Source: an uncultured Acidimicrobiales bacterium
GTDB lineage: Bacteria; Actinomycetota; Acidimicrobiia; Acidimicrobiales; SHLQ01
Direction: 5' to 3'
Assembly: GCA_937969565.1 (NCBI GenBank)
Contig: CALBVR010000300.1
Location: forward strand, 1-43,521
Length of the DNA: 43,521 nucleotides
Both the position numbers and the translations under genes were made by a program. The notes beneath the pieces are model-generated. The model had not been told where the DNA came from. It ran no database searches and was given only the letters and a program-made list of their open reading frames with translations. Shown here piece by piece: positions 17,079-26,363 of the stretch (its first letter is position 1; every line of letters starts with the position of its first letter).

Positions 17079-17433
17079 TGCGGCCGGCGATCGCCGGATG
17101 CTCTTCCATCAGCTTCGGGAAGTCCCAGGTCATGATCTTGGCGAGCCGGCACGTCTCCAACGCCTTCACCGTCGCGTTGCGGCGTTCGCCGGTGACGAGG
17201 GCAACTTCGCCGAAGTGGTCACCGACGCTGAGCAGATTGACGACCTCGTCGCCCACCTCGACCTGCACCCGTCCTTCAAGGACGATGAAGAACGAGTAGC
17301 CGAAGTCGTCCTCCTGCGTCACCCGGTCTCCCATGAGGTAGCGGGTCTCTTCGAACAGGCTTGCGGTCTCCGCCAACTCGGCCTCGCTCATGCCATCGAC
17401 AAGGCTGCTGATCTTGAGTGCTTCGGGTTCCAT
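17050..17433 (-). CDS. Stand-alone cyclic-nucleotide-binding domain protein
   Basis: 127 aa with FFIVLEGRV...GDHFGEVALV..ERRNATVKA, the canonical cNMP-binding cassette. No effector domain is present. Confidence 0.8.
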   Translation of the reverse strand: MEPEALKISSLVDGMSEAELAETASLFEETRYLMGDRVTQEDDFGYSFFIVLEGRVQVEVGDEVVNLLSVGDHFGEVALVTGERRNATVKALETCRLAKIMTWDFPKLMEEHPAIAGRIKASADERS

Positions 17434-17513
17434 GTGCCCACCCCTTCGTACGCGTGAAACGAAACCGTATCCGGCTCAGCATCATCAATGCCAAGTGGCT
17501 CGCCGCGAAGCCG

Positions 17514-18116
17514 ATGGCTACGGTGCGGACGATGACGACACTCGCCGTACGCAAGGTGCAATTGACGGTCGACCGGGTTCACCACGCGGGTGGCCCGCCA
17601 CTCCCCTCCCCGGTCCGGAGGGGATCGATCGCCGCGGTTGTCGCGAATCCGTACTGCGGCTCCCACCAGGAGGATCTGGGCCCCTGGACCGACGCGCTCG
17701 GTCCGCTCGCCGCCGAACTGGCCGAAGAGCTGCGCGATGCCGTCACGTCCGATGGGGCAGCCATCGAGGGGTACGGGAAGGGTGCCATCGTCGGCACGCT
17801 CGGCGAGCTCGAGCTGGCGGCCGCCTGGCACGTTCCCGCCGGAGCCGGGCTACGAGCTGCGTTGGGCAACCCCAAGGCACAGGTCCCGTCGTCGAAGAAG
17901 GTGGGGCTGCTCGGCACCCAGCTCGACATCCCGATGGTGTACCTGCATGCCAGTTACGCCCGCAGCCACTATGACGTGCTCCCGGTGGTCGTCCCCGACG
18001 GGCCCCGACCCGATGAGCTGGTCTATGCGCTCGTCATGACGACGGGCGAGCGCCCCCACCACCGCATCGGCGGCTTTTCGATCGACGAGGCGGTGGGAGA
18101 AGACGGGCTTCGCTGA
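17514..18116 (+). CDS. Amino-acid-synthesis family protein (DUF1185/AA_synth-like)
   Basis: Sequence IRKV-type N-terminus (LAVRKVQLTVDRV), NPYCG, GYGKGAIVG, PSSKKVG. The start was chosen at ATG 17514; the alternative is 17532. Confidence 0.6.
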   Translation: MATVRTMTTLAVRKVQLTVDRVHHAGGPPLPSPVRRGSIAAVVANPYCGSHQEDLGPWTDALGPLAAELAEELRDAVTSDGAAIEGYGKGAIVGTLGELELAAAWHVPAGAGLRAALGNPKAQVPSSKKVGLLGTQLDIPMVYLHASYARSHYDVLPVVVPDGPRPDELVYALVMTTGERPHHRIGGFSIDEAVGEDGLR

Positions 18117-18125
18117 GCCCGACGC

Positions 18126-18929
18126 TCAGGCGGCGGAGTCAGCGGCGTCCGCAGCGACCATTCGTTCGAAGATCACATCGAGCACCTCGCCGGACTGCTC
18201 CCAGAGCGCATCCGGATTGCCGAACTCGACGCGAGATACCGCCCGACCCACCTGAATGAACCAGACGTCGATGAGCAGGACCTGTTCCAGATCCGGACCC
18301 GTGAGGGTCGTGGCGATCTCGAAGTTCGTGAGCCGCGGCTCACCCACGATGTCGTCGTAGCGCGTGATGTTGAAGTCCGCCGAGGTGAATGGCTCCATCA
18401 CGCCGGCGTCGAAGGCTGCCTGGCCTTCGGTCTCTGCTCCGGCGACCAGGCACTCGAGAACCATCTGCTGTGTCCACGCGGCGATCACATCGATCGCTGT
18501 TTCCGGGTCCGGATAGATCCGGACGTCGTGTTGGACCGTCGTGTCGAACTGGCTGAATTCGAGCGACTCGGCCTCGACGGTGCTGCCGTCGTCGTCGCGC
18601 AACACGTTCATGAACTCGCAGTCGGTGATCGTCGAGTAGTCGAAGCTGTCGTCGTCCACCTCCTCCACCTCCTCCCAGTCCGTGCCGAAGAAGCCGGACT
18701 CGAGCACGATCTGCTCGGCGAGCTCGTCATCGGTCGGTGGCGCCACGGTCGTGGTCGTTGTCGTGGTGCTCGTCGTGGTGGTTGTGGTGGTCGTGGTCGT
18801 TGTCGTTGTTGTGGTCGTCGTCGGAGCGGCCGTGGTCGTCGCCGCAACGTCGTCCGACTCGGACCCTCCACAACCGACCAGGGCTCCCGCCACCATTGCC
18901 GCCACACCGAACCGAACCCACTTCTGCAT
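18126..18929 (-). CDS. Lipoprotein with poly-threonine linker
   Basis: The ATG at 18929 gives MQKWVRFGVAAMVAGALVGCGG (lipobox). It is followed by a Thr-rich linker and an acidic globular domain. Confidence 0.75.
   Translation of the reverse strand: MQKWVRFGVAAMVAGALVGCGGSESDDVAATTTAAPTTTTTTTTTTTTTTTTTSTTTTTTTVAPPTDDELAEQIVLESGFFGTDWEEVEEVDDDSFDYSTITDCEFMNVLRDDDGSTVEAESLEFSQFDTTVQHDVRIYPDPETAIDVIAAWTQQMVLECLVAGAETEGQAAFDAGVMEPFTSADFNITRYDDIVGEPRLTNFEIATTLTGPDLEQVLLIDVWFIQVGRAVSRVEFGNPDALWEQSGEVLDVIFERMVAADAADSAA
18747..18821 (-). repeat. Coding low-complexity tract: 7 Thr - Ser - 17 Thr
   Basis: Codon-by-codon reading shows mixed ACC/ACG/ACA codons, seen as ggt/cgt/tgt on the plus strand. 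Confidence 0.9.
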
Positions 18930-18979
18930 GCCGGCGAACCTAGCAAACGTTGCGGCACCCACTGCTACCTTCTGGTGCC

Positions 18980-19276
18980 ATGACTGCATATCTCATCTTG
19001 AACTACGACGTGGACGACACCGACGCCTATCGCGGCTACCAGCGTCAGGCGCCTGCTGCGCTTCGCATCCCCGCCGAGTGCCAGCCGCTCGTTCTCGACG
19101 GCGAGACCGAACAGGTCGAGGGCGAAGGCGCGTCCACGCACACGGTCGTCCTCAAGTTCGAATCGAAGGAGAAGGCACGCGAGATCTACGAGTCGGGCGA
19201 GTACCAGGCGATCGTCGGCGAACGCCACGCAGCGACGAGTTCACACTTTGCGGTTCTGGTCGACGGGCTCGGCTGA
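18980..19276 (+). CDS. DUF1330 domain protein
   Basis: MTAYLILNYDVDD...Y..YQ......I......LVLDG..E..EG.......VVLKFESKEKAREIYESGEYQ is the typical DUF1330 pattern. Confidence 0.7.
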   Translation: MTAYLILNYDVDDTDAYRGYQRQAPAALRIPAECQPLVLDGETEQVEGEGASTHTVVLKFESKEKAREIYESGEYQAIVGERHAATSSHFAVLVDGLG

Positions 19277-19278
19277 GT

Positions 19279-19536
19279 TCAGCCCAGATAGCGCCAGCTC
19301 TTCGACCATTCCAGATAGTCGATGAGCTGCTCGGCGGACGGCCGACCACCCGGATCGGCAAACGCCGTCTCGTAGCGGAAACCCATCCAACCGCGGTCGG
19401 GAACCGGAAGGAACGGGCGACGTCGCCACCAGCCATCCGGCAGGTGTGTACGGGCGACCCGAACGGTCGTGCGCCAGAGATCCGGGCGCCCGGCGAGGGC
19501 CACCGCCCCTGAAATCAACCATTTCCTGTCGGCCAT
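19279..19536 (-). CDS. Hypothetical Trp/Arg-rich small protein (85 aa)
   Basis: ATG 19536 is preceded by GAAGGAGGACCGG. I recognise no family. Confidence 0.4.
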   Translation of the reverse strand: MADRKWLISGAVALAGRPDLWRTTVRVARTHLPDGWWRRRPFLPVPDRGWMGFRYETAFADPGGRPSAEQLIDYLEWSKSWRYLG

Positions 19537-19747
19537 CCGGTCCTCCTTCGCCCGCAATCCTAACGGCGGGGTGGTCGGGGGAATGCGGTGTGCGCCGAAT
19601 CGGGTTGCTCAGGGCGCCGCCGTCCGCAACCGATGGAAACGGGAGCCGCGGCGGAAGTGGGGTGCGCTCCCCGGTTGCTGCGTCCCACCTGCGCATCTGG
19701 TGCAACTACTGTGTGCAGAGCCCGATCGACTCTCCGAGGGAGTACCG

Positions 19748-20717
19748 AGTGACCACGACCCCCCAAGCCGCACGTTCAGAGACGTTCTCGTCGCTGTTCC
19801 GTTCGATCGCCGAGAACGTCGAGAGCGTCATCCGTGGCAAGCACGATGTGGTGCAACTCGTGGTCCTCGCGATGATCGCCGAGGGGCATGTGCTGCTCGA
19901 GGATTCGCCTGGCCTCGGCAAGACCTCACTCGCCAAGGCGGTGGCTTCGTCGGTCGGCGGGTCGAACGGTCGTATTCAGTTCACGCCCGATCTGCTTCCC
20001 GCCGACGTGGTCGGCATGTCGATCTGGAACCGTGGCACCGGCGAGTTCGACTTCCGCCCGGGTGCGGTGTTCGCCAACATCGTCCTGGCGGACGAGATCA
20101 ACCGTGCGTCGCCGAAGACGCAGTCCGCGCTGCTCGAGGCGATGGCCGAGCGTCAGGTCACGGTGGATCGGGCCACGCATCAACTGGCGCGTCCCTTCAT
20201 GGTGATCGCCACGCAGAACCCGCTGGATCACGAAGGCACGTATCCGCTGCCCGAGAGCCAGCTCGATCGGTTCCTCATGAAGATCTCGTTGGGCTACCCG
20301 GGCCGCGACGCCGAACTGGAGATCCTCGACCAGCACGGCGAAGGCAATGCGTTCGATGCGCTGACGAGCGTCGTGTCCCCGGCTGACGTGGCGATGATGA
20401 CCAACGCACTGCAATCGGTGCATGTCTCGCCCGAGCTCAAGGGCTACCTGCTCGACATCGCCGCAGCCACCCGGCAGCATCCGAGCCTGCGGCTCGGCCT
20501 CTCGCCCCGCGCCATCCTCAGCCTTCAGCGGGTCTCTCGGGCGCTCGCCGCTGCCTCGGGCCGCTCCTTCGTGACCCCGGACGATGTGAAGGCGCTCGCC
20601 CGACCGGTCATGGCGCACCGGCTGATGCTCACCCCCGAAGCCCAACTCGGCGGCATTTCCGCCGTGAACGTCGTCGACGACGTGATGGCCTCGATCCCGG
20701 TTCCCACCGTCAGCTGA
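19748..20717 (+). CDS. MoxR-like AAA+ ATPase
   Basis: GTG 19748 follows GAGGGAG. Motifs LLEDSPGLGKTSLA (Walker A), VLADEINRASPKTQSALLEAM (Walker B / sensor) and VIATQNPLDHEGTYPLPESQLDRF. Confidence 0.9.
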
Positions 20718-20718
20718 C

Positions 20719-21897
20719 ATGCCGACCCTCCGCGGGTGGATCTGCATTGCGTTCGGCGCCATCTCGATTGCGCTGGGCCGATTCCTCGGCCTCGCCGAGA
20801 TGTACGTCATCGGCGCGGTTCTGCTCGCCCTCGCCATCCTCGCCGTACTCGTTGCCGTGTTTCGGCCGCTCCGCCTCGGCGTCGGCCGCACGATCACGCC
20901 CTCCCGGATGCACGTGGGGACCACCGGGCGGGTCGAAGTCGCCGTCCGGAATGGTTCGAACCGTTCCCCCGTCATTCGGATGACCGACCGGGTGCAGGGA
21001 ACGAACGGCGCCCAACTGTTCATCAGCCCGCTGCAACCCGACGAGATCACCAAGGCGGCCTATCGACTGCCGACCGAACGGCGGGGCTTGGTGAAGGTGG
21101 GTCCGGTCGACTTTGAATCGACCGACGCCTTCGGCCTCGCCGTCCGCCGCTTCAACGCACCGAGCGTCGGCCAGATGGTCGTCTACCCCGATGTCGTTCC
21201 GCTCCCTGCGGCCCCACCGTCGCCGGCCTCGGAGCGCCGCTCGACGTCCGATCAGGCCCAATTCATCGGCGGCCGCAGCGACGAGTTCCATGCGCTGCGA
21301 CCGTACGTACCGGGCGACGACATCCGACGTGTGAACTGGGCGGCATCCGCCCGCCACGATGATCTCATCGTACGCGAGGACGAGGCTCCGACCCAGAACC
21401 ACCTGACCGTCCTGTTGGACAACGCTGCACTCGCGAACGACGACGCGTTGGACCGGGGCGCCTCCGTTGCGGCCAGCATCCTCACGTCGATGCGCAACGG
21501 CTCGGATCCGTTCCGACTCCTCACGCTCGACGGCTCCGACACCGGCTATGTGCTCGGTCCAGCCGGCCTCGATCAGGCGCTCAGCATTCTGGCGATGGCC
21601 GAGCCCGCCCCCGTCGTCGAGCGGCTCAACGATGCTGCCGTCCTCGGCGCTCAGGGCGCACTCGTCTTCGTCACCTCGCAGCAACCGTCGATCGAACACG
21701 AGGGCATGGGCCGCTACGGGCGGATCATGACCATCTCGCTCGCCCCCTCCGTGTGGGACCCGGCCGTGCCTCGTGTACCCAGCGCGGCCGAGGCCGGCGC
21801 CCGTGAGGTCCGCCTCACCCTCGGGTCGATGGAAGACCTCCCTCCGATCTGGAGCCGGGCGATCGCGACGCTGTTGTCGAGCGGTTCGGGCGGCTGA
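20719..21897 (+). CDS. DUF58 (vWA-like) protein
   Basis: Two N-terminal TM helices, then SDEFHALRPYVPGDDIRRVNWAASARHDDLIVRE, the DUF58 signature. It starts 1 nt after the MoxR stop. Confidence 0.85.
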   Translation: MPTLRGWICIAFGAISIALGRFLGLAEMYVIGAVLLALAILAVLVAVFRPLRLGVGRTITPSRMHVGTTGRVEVAVRNGSNRSPVIRMTDRVQGTNGAQLFISPLQPDEITKAAYRLPTERRGLVKVGPVDFESTDAFGLAVRRFNAPSVGQMVVYPDVVPLPAAPPSPASERRSTSDQAQFIGGRSDEFHALRPYVPGDDIRRVNWAASARHDDLIVREDEAPTQNHLTVLLDNAALANDDALDRGASVAASILTSMRNGSDPFRLLTLDGSDTGYVLGPAGLDQALSILAMAEPAPVVERLNDAAVLGAQGALVFVTSQQPSIEHEGMGRYGRIMTISLAPSVWDPAVPRVPSAAEAGAREVRLTLGSMEDLPPIWSRAIATLLSSGSGG

Positions 21898-21998
21898 ATG
21901 GGAACGTGTTCATCTCCCGGTAAGGATCTGCGAAAGATCGGCCCAGCCGACTCCATTGCGCTCGCCGCCTTTGCGATGGTGGAGCTGGAGGTTCGCGC

Positions 21999-24368
21999 AT
22001 GAGCTCTGCCCGACGTACCAGCGGCGTTCGCCGCATGCCGACAAGTTTCTACGATGCCCTCGCCGAAGTCGCGCTGGTGCTCTTCTCCATCGCGGTCATC
22101 GTGGGCTTCAGCCGGCTGTTCGTCGACGGCTCCTTCTTCGTGCCGGTCGTTGCCGCGACCGTCTCGTCGCACGTCCTCGCTGCGGCCGTCCGCTGGGCCC
22201 GCGGCGGGCTGCTCGTCTCGGCGCTGGTCTCCATCGGCGGACTGATCGTCTCCGCTGCGTTGCTCTTCCCACCCACGACGATCGTCGATGCCGGATTCCT
22301 CAACCGGACCGTTCTCGAGGGGTTCCGCACGGATCTCGAGTTGGCGTGGGAGCAGTTCCAGGTGGTGCTCGCGCCCACCGAGGTCACCGCACCATTCCTG
22401 CTGCTGATCGCCATCGTGATGTGGTTCGTTGCCTTCCTGTCGGACTGGGCCGCATTCCGGCTGCGAGCCCCGGTCGAGGCGCTCGTTCCCGGCACGGCCG
22501 TGTTCGTCTTCAGCGCATTGTTCGCGGCCGATCAGAACCGGCTGCTGTCAGCCGTACTGTTCATCGGAACCGCGCTCGTCGTCGTCCTCTTTCACCGGCT
22601 CGGCGAAACCTCCATCGCCGGAGCATTCCTCGGAGTCGATGGCGTCGCTCGCAGCCAGAGCAGTCTGCTCAAGACCGGCGTCGCACTCCTTGCCGTGACC
22701 CTCATCGGTGGCGCCGCCGCGGCCCAGGCGCTGCCCGGGTACGAGGAGGAGCCGATCTTCGACATCAGCGATCTCGACGAGCCTGAGGATCCCCGCGTGG
22801 TGCTGTCGCCCCTGGTCGACATCCGCGCTCGGCTGGTCAACCAGCCAGACCTCGAGGTCTTCACCGTCACGAGTCCCACCCGCGACTACTGGCGCATCAC
22901 CTCCCTCGACGTGTTCGATGGCCGCATCTGGAGGTCCCGAGGCTCCTTCGAGAACGCCTCCGGCGCCCTCGACACGGATCTGCCCGACGGCACGCAGTTC
23001 GAGCGGGTCTCCCAGGAGTTCGACATCACGGGTCTCGGCGGGATCTGGGTGCCTGCTGCGTACGAGCCCGCTGAAATCCTGGCGGCGCCGGAAGGCGTGG
23101 GCTTCGAGTACGAACCCGAGTCGGGCACCCTCATCGTCGACCGGACCCGTTCCACCTCGGACGGCCTGAACTACACGTTGCTTTCACAGGTGCCTCAGCG
23201 GGACCCCGGCGTGATCGCCTCCGCCGGAACGGACATTCCCGATGGCATCGCCGAGCGATACCTCGATCTTCCGGCGGACTTCAGCCAGCGCGTGATCGAC
23301 GAGGCGGAGGCCATCGTGGCCGCCGCCGGTGCCACCAGCACGTATGAGAAGGCGCTTGCCCTCCAGAACTACTTCCGGGACCCCTCGCTCTTCTCGTACG
23401 ACCTCGAGGTGGCCAACGGCCATTCAGCCGAACGGATCGAGGACTTCCTGTTCGAGGTCCGGGTCGGTTACTGCGAACAGTTCTCGGGCTCGTTTGCGGC
23501 CATGGCCCGCGCACTCGGAATTCCCTCCCGCGTCGCCGTCGGCTTCACGCCCGGCGAGTACGACCCGGCCATCGACGCCTACGTCGTCTCCGGTCGTCAC
23601 GCCCACGCATGGCCCGAGGTCTGGATCGACGACATCGGTTGGCTGCGTTTCGAGCCCACGCCCGGCCGCGGTGGCCCGAACGACGAGCCGTACACCGGAG
23701 TCCCTGAGGCGCAGGCCAGCAACGCACCCGGCAACGCGCCCACCACGCTCGCACCCGAGGCACAGCCGGTGCCGGCGCCGAATCCGAACAACACCGCCCA
23801 GCCGACCATCCCGCAGGACAGCCAGACCACGACGACCACGATTCCGCGTGACGACCTCGACGGCACGGGCGTGATCGGCGGCCCGCAAGGACCGGTGCTC
23901 GCGACGGTGCTGCGGTGGGGCGCCGTGGCGCTCGTGCTCATTTTCCTCCTGTTGCTCCCGCTCCTCTACGGCGTCTTCCGCGCCAGGACCGCCCGCCGCG
24001 AGGTCGCCCACGATCCGCGTCGCCGGATCGGCCTCGCGTGGAAGGAATCCACCGCTGCGCTCAGCCTGCTCGGACTGCGGGTTCGCGAATCCGACACCCC
24101 CAACGAACTCGTCGAACGACTCAGCGGCATGCATCCCGAATCGGCCGAAACGCTCGGTGCGCTGGCGAATGAGGTCACCGACGCGACCTACTCCCCCGGG
24201 ACCGTCGCCTCCGAACGTGCGGACAACGCCGAGGCGCTGTCGACTCGCCTTGCCGCCGACGCCAGGTCTCGCACCTCCACCCGGGAATGGTGGCTCCACC
24301 ACGCCAATCCGCTCAACGTGTGGCGCGGACGCGCCGGTGTGTGGGGCAACCTTCGAGCCAGCCGCTGA
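21999..24368 (+). CDS. Transglutaminase-like membrane protein (TgpA-like)
   Basis: Multi-TM N-terminus. The transglutaminase core is VGYCEQFSGSFAAMARALGIPSRVAVGF...GRHAHAWPEVW...RFEPTP (Cys-His-Asp context). A Pro/Thr-rich linker and a C-terminal TM follow. Confidence 0.85.
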   Translation: MSSARRTSGVRRMPTSFYDALAEVALVLFSIAVIVGFSRLFVDGSFFVPVVAATVSSHVLAAAVRWARGGLLVSALVSIGGLIVSAALLFPPTTIVDAGFLNRTVLEGFRTDLELAWEQFQVVLAPTEVTAPFLLLIAIVMWFVAFLSDWAAFRLRAPVEALVPGTAVFVFSALFAADQNRLLSAVLFIGTALVVVLFHRLGETSIAGAFLGVDGVARSQSSLLKTGVALLAVTLIGGAAAAQALPGYEEEPIFDISDLDEPEDPRVVLSPLVDIRARLVNQPDLEVFTVTSPTRDYWRITSLDVFDGRIWRSRGSFENASGALDTDLPDGTQFERVSQEFDITGLGGIWVPAAYEPAEILAAPEGVGFEYEPESGTLIVDRTRSTSDGLNYTLLSQVPQRDPGVIASAGTDIPDGIAERYLDLPADFSQRVIDEAEAIVAAAGATSTYEKALALQNYFRDPSLFSYDLEVANGHSAERIEDFLFEVRVGYCEQFSGSFAAMARALGIPSRVAVGFTPGEYDPAIDAYVVSGRHAHAWPEVWIDDIGWLRFEPTPGRGGPNDEPYTGVPEAQASNAPGNAPTTLAPEAQPVPAPNPNNTAQPTIPQDSQTTTTTIPRDDLDGTGVIGGPQGPVLATVLRWGAVALVLIFLLLLPLLYGVFRARTARREVAHDPRRRIGLAWKESTAALSLLGLRVRESDTPNELVERLSGMHPESAETLGALANEVTDATYSPGTVASERADNAEALSTRLAADARSRTSTREWWLHHANPLNVWRGRAGVWGNLRASR

Positions 24369-24406
24369 CAAGCGGTTCGCCGAAGCACATCACCTCGCAC
24401 CGATTC

Positions 24407-24439
24407 GCAAGCGGGAACGGCTGCCCGTTTCCTGCTTGC
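24407..24439. terminator. Candidate hairpin between convergent transglutaminase and DUF3040 genes
   Basis: GCAAGCGGGAACGG-ctgc-CCGTTTCCTGCTTGC forms an approximately 13-bp stem with one bulge and one G-U pair. There is no clear U-tail. Confidence 0.4.
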
Positions 24440-24446
24440 GACGAAC

Positions 24447-24842
24447 TCAGGATTCGTCGGTGTTGTTGTCTTCCTGGTTGAGACGGTCGCGCATGCGCTG
24501 ACCGGCATCGCCGAAGTAGCCCCGCACGCCGCCATCGCCGCCGACGTTCTGGGTGACCTTCTGCAGCGAGGCCTTGCCGACGCGGCGAAGGTTCCGCTCG
24601 CCGTACCAGGCGGAGGTCAGCATGATCAGGAAGCCGACGAAGGAGAGCAGGTAGCTGACCGAGAGGCTCATCACGAGAACGACGAGCCCGACCACGAAGC
24701 CAGCGGCCGCCAGCCGAATGTGGCGGAAACCGTGTGAGAACACGGTGGTCGAGGACACCTCGTGCGCGAGACCGGGATCGGTCTCGTAGAGCTGTTGTTC
24801 GATCTCGCTAAGGATTCGACGTTCGTCCTCGGAGAGCGGCAT
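24447..24842 (-). CDS. DUF3040 membrane protein
   Basis: The ATG at 24842 gives MPLSEDERRILSEIEQQLYETDP, the hallmark DUF3040 N-terminus. Two TM helices follow. Confidence 0.75.
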   Translation of the reverse strand: MPLSEDERRILSEIEQQLYETDPGLAHEVSSTTVFSHGFRHIRLAAAGFVVGLVVLVMSLSVSYLLSFVGFLIMLTSAWYGERNLRRVGKASLQKVTQNVGGDGGVRGYFGDAGQRMRDRLNQEDNNTDES

Positions 24843-24967
24843 TCCACACGTCCCTCTGTACCGGCCTGGGCCCCAGTGTATCCGGGGCGACTTCCAATCG
24901 AATCTTCCCACACGTTGGGGGTGAAAACAATGCACCCAATGGCCTGAAATTTGAGATTCGGGTGAAT

Positions 24968-26257
24968 TCACCCGTTTGGGGCCTCAGCGGTGTCGTCGGC
25001 AGCGTTCGGTCCCCACTGTTGCTCGCCGCGACGCTTCACCCGAAGCTTCCCGTCGACGGCGGCTGACGCCGGACCGATGGCGTCGTTGCCGAAGCGGGCC
25101 CGGACTTCATCGAGCAGGTCATCGGTACGGACCGCGGCCGGATCCTCGCCCGAGGCGTCGAGATCGAGACTGAGCTGCTCCCCCGGGTCGACGCCGAGGC
25201 CGGAGACGCCGACCCCGAGGAGCCGCACACCCTGTCCGGGGTCGATCGTGGCCATGAGCGCCCGAGCGTGTCGGAGCAGCTCGGTCGAGGAGGTGAACGG
25301 CCCGTCTGCCGTGACGCGCCGCGTGATCGTCGTGAAGTCGCCGAACCGCACCTTGAGCGTGGCGGTTCGTGCGGCGAGCTCCGAATCGCGAAGGCGTTGC
25401 GCGACGGCGTCGCATTGCCGTACCAGTTCGACGTCGATCGTGTTCAGGTCGCTGAGGTCGTGGGCGAACGTCTCTTCGTGGCTGATCGACTTCGCTTCGC
25501 GTCCGGCTTCGACGGGTCGGTCGTCCACCGCGTTGGCGAGCGCATGGAGGTGTGCGCCCGTGCTCGAACCGAGTGATGCGGTCAGTGTGGAGACCGGGAG
25601 CGCTGCGAGGTCGCCCACGGTCTCGACGCCCATGCCGCTCAGCCGACTGCCGGTTGCCTTGCCAACTCCCCACAGCGCCCGAACGGGGAGCGGATGCAGG
25701 AACGACGTCTCCTCCCCCGGGTGGACCTGGAAGATGCCGCGGCCGAAGACGGGGCCGGATCGTGACGCGGTCGGTTTGGCCTGCTCTGACGCGAGCTTTG
25801 CCAGGAACTTGTTGGGGGCGATGCCGACGCTGCAGGTGAGGCCTTCGTTGTCCCAGATCGCCGATCGGATGTGGCGGGCGATGCGGGGGCCGTCGCCGTG
25901 GAGTCGCCGAGCTCCCGTCACGTCGAGGAATGCTTCGTCGAGGCTGAGCGGTTCGACGAGCGGCGTGACGTCGCGGAACACGGCCATGACCCGCTCCGAG
26001 ATTTCGGCGTACAGCCCGTGGTCGCCAGCGAGGAAGATGGCGTCCGGGCACAGGCGCTGTGCCTGCGCCGACGGCATTGCAGAGAAGATGCCGTACGACC
26101 GCGCCTCGTAGGACGCGGCGGCGACGACGCCCCGTCTGCCGGTACCGCCGACCACGACCGGCTTCCCCCGAAGCTCTGGCCGTCGGACCAGCTCGACCGA
26201 CGCATAGAACGCATCCATGTCGACGTGGAGAATCGTACGCTCCTCAGCGCCGTTCAT
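24968..26257 (-). CDS. dinB: DNA polymerase IV (Y-family)
   Basis: The ATG at 26257 gives MNGAEERTILHVDMDAFYASVE, then SLDEAFLDVTG and GLTCSVGIAPNKFLAKLAS. The ORF-track version to 27004 is a spurious 5' extension. Confidence 0.9.
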   Translation of the reverse strand: MNGAEERTILHVDMDAFYASVELVRRPELRGKPVVVGGTGRRGVVAAASYEARSYGIFSAMPSAQAQRLCPDAIFLAGDHGLYAEISERVMAVFRDVTPLVEPLSLDEAFLDVTGARRLHGDGPRIARHIRSAIWDNEGLTCSVGIAPNKFLAKLASEQAKPTASRSGPVFGRGIFQVHPGEETSFLHPLPVRALWGVGKATGSRLSGMGVETVGDLAALPVSTLTASLGSSTGAHLHALANAVDDRPVEAGREAKSISHEETFAHDLSDLNTIDVELVRQCDAVAQRLRDSELAARTATLKVRFGDFTTITRRVTADGPFTSSTELLRHARALMATIDPGQGVRLLGVGVSGLGVDPGEQLSLDLDASGEDPAAVRTDDLLDEVRARFGNDAIGPASAAVDGKLRVKRRGEQQWGPNAADDTAEAPNG

Positions 26258-26363
26258 CCCTGCACGCCCACGGTGGTACCCACGGACCGGATCGTACCCG
26301 CACCGTGGGTTCGACGGCGTTGGACTGCCATGAACGGGCCCCGCACGAAGTAGTCTTTGAGCC

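Noticed and set aside
15656-17299. 547-aa plus ORF and 309-aa minus ORF (15807..16736) over the MFS gene
   Set aside because: These are alternative frames of the 12-TMS MFS transporter. Their translations are Arg-rich and non-hydrophobic.
18682-19512. 276-aa plus ORF containing a poly-Val run, and other ORFs across the poly-Thr tract. I also considered whether the gtggtcgt-like periodicity was a CRISPR or tandem repeat
   Set aside because: The periodicity is simply the reverse complement of the mixed Thr codons of the lipoprotein linker. There is no spacer/repeat architecture, and the poly-Val ORF is its antisense shadow.
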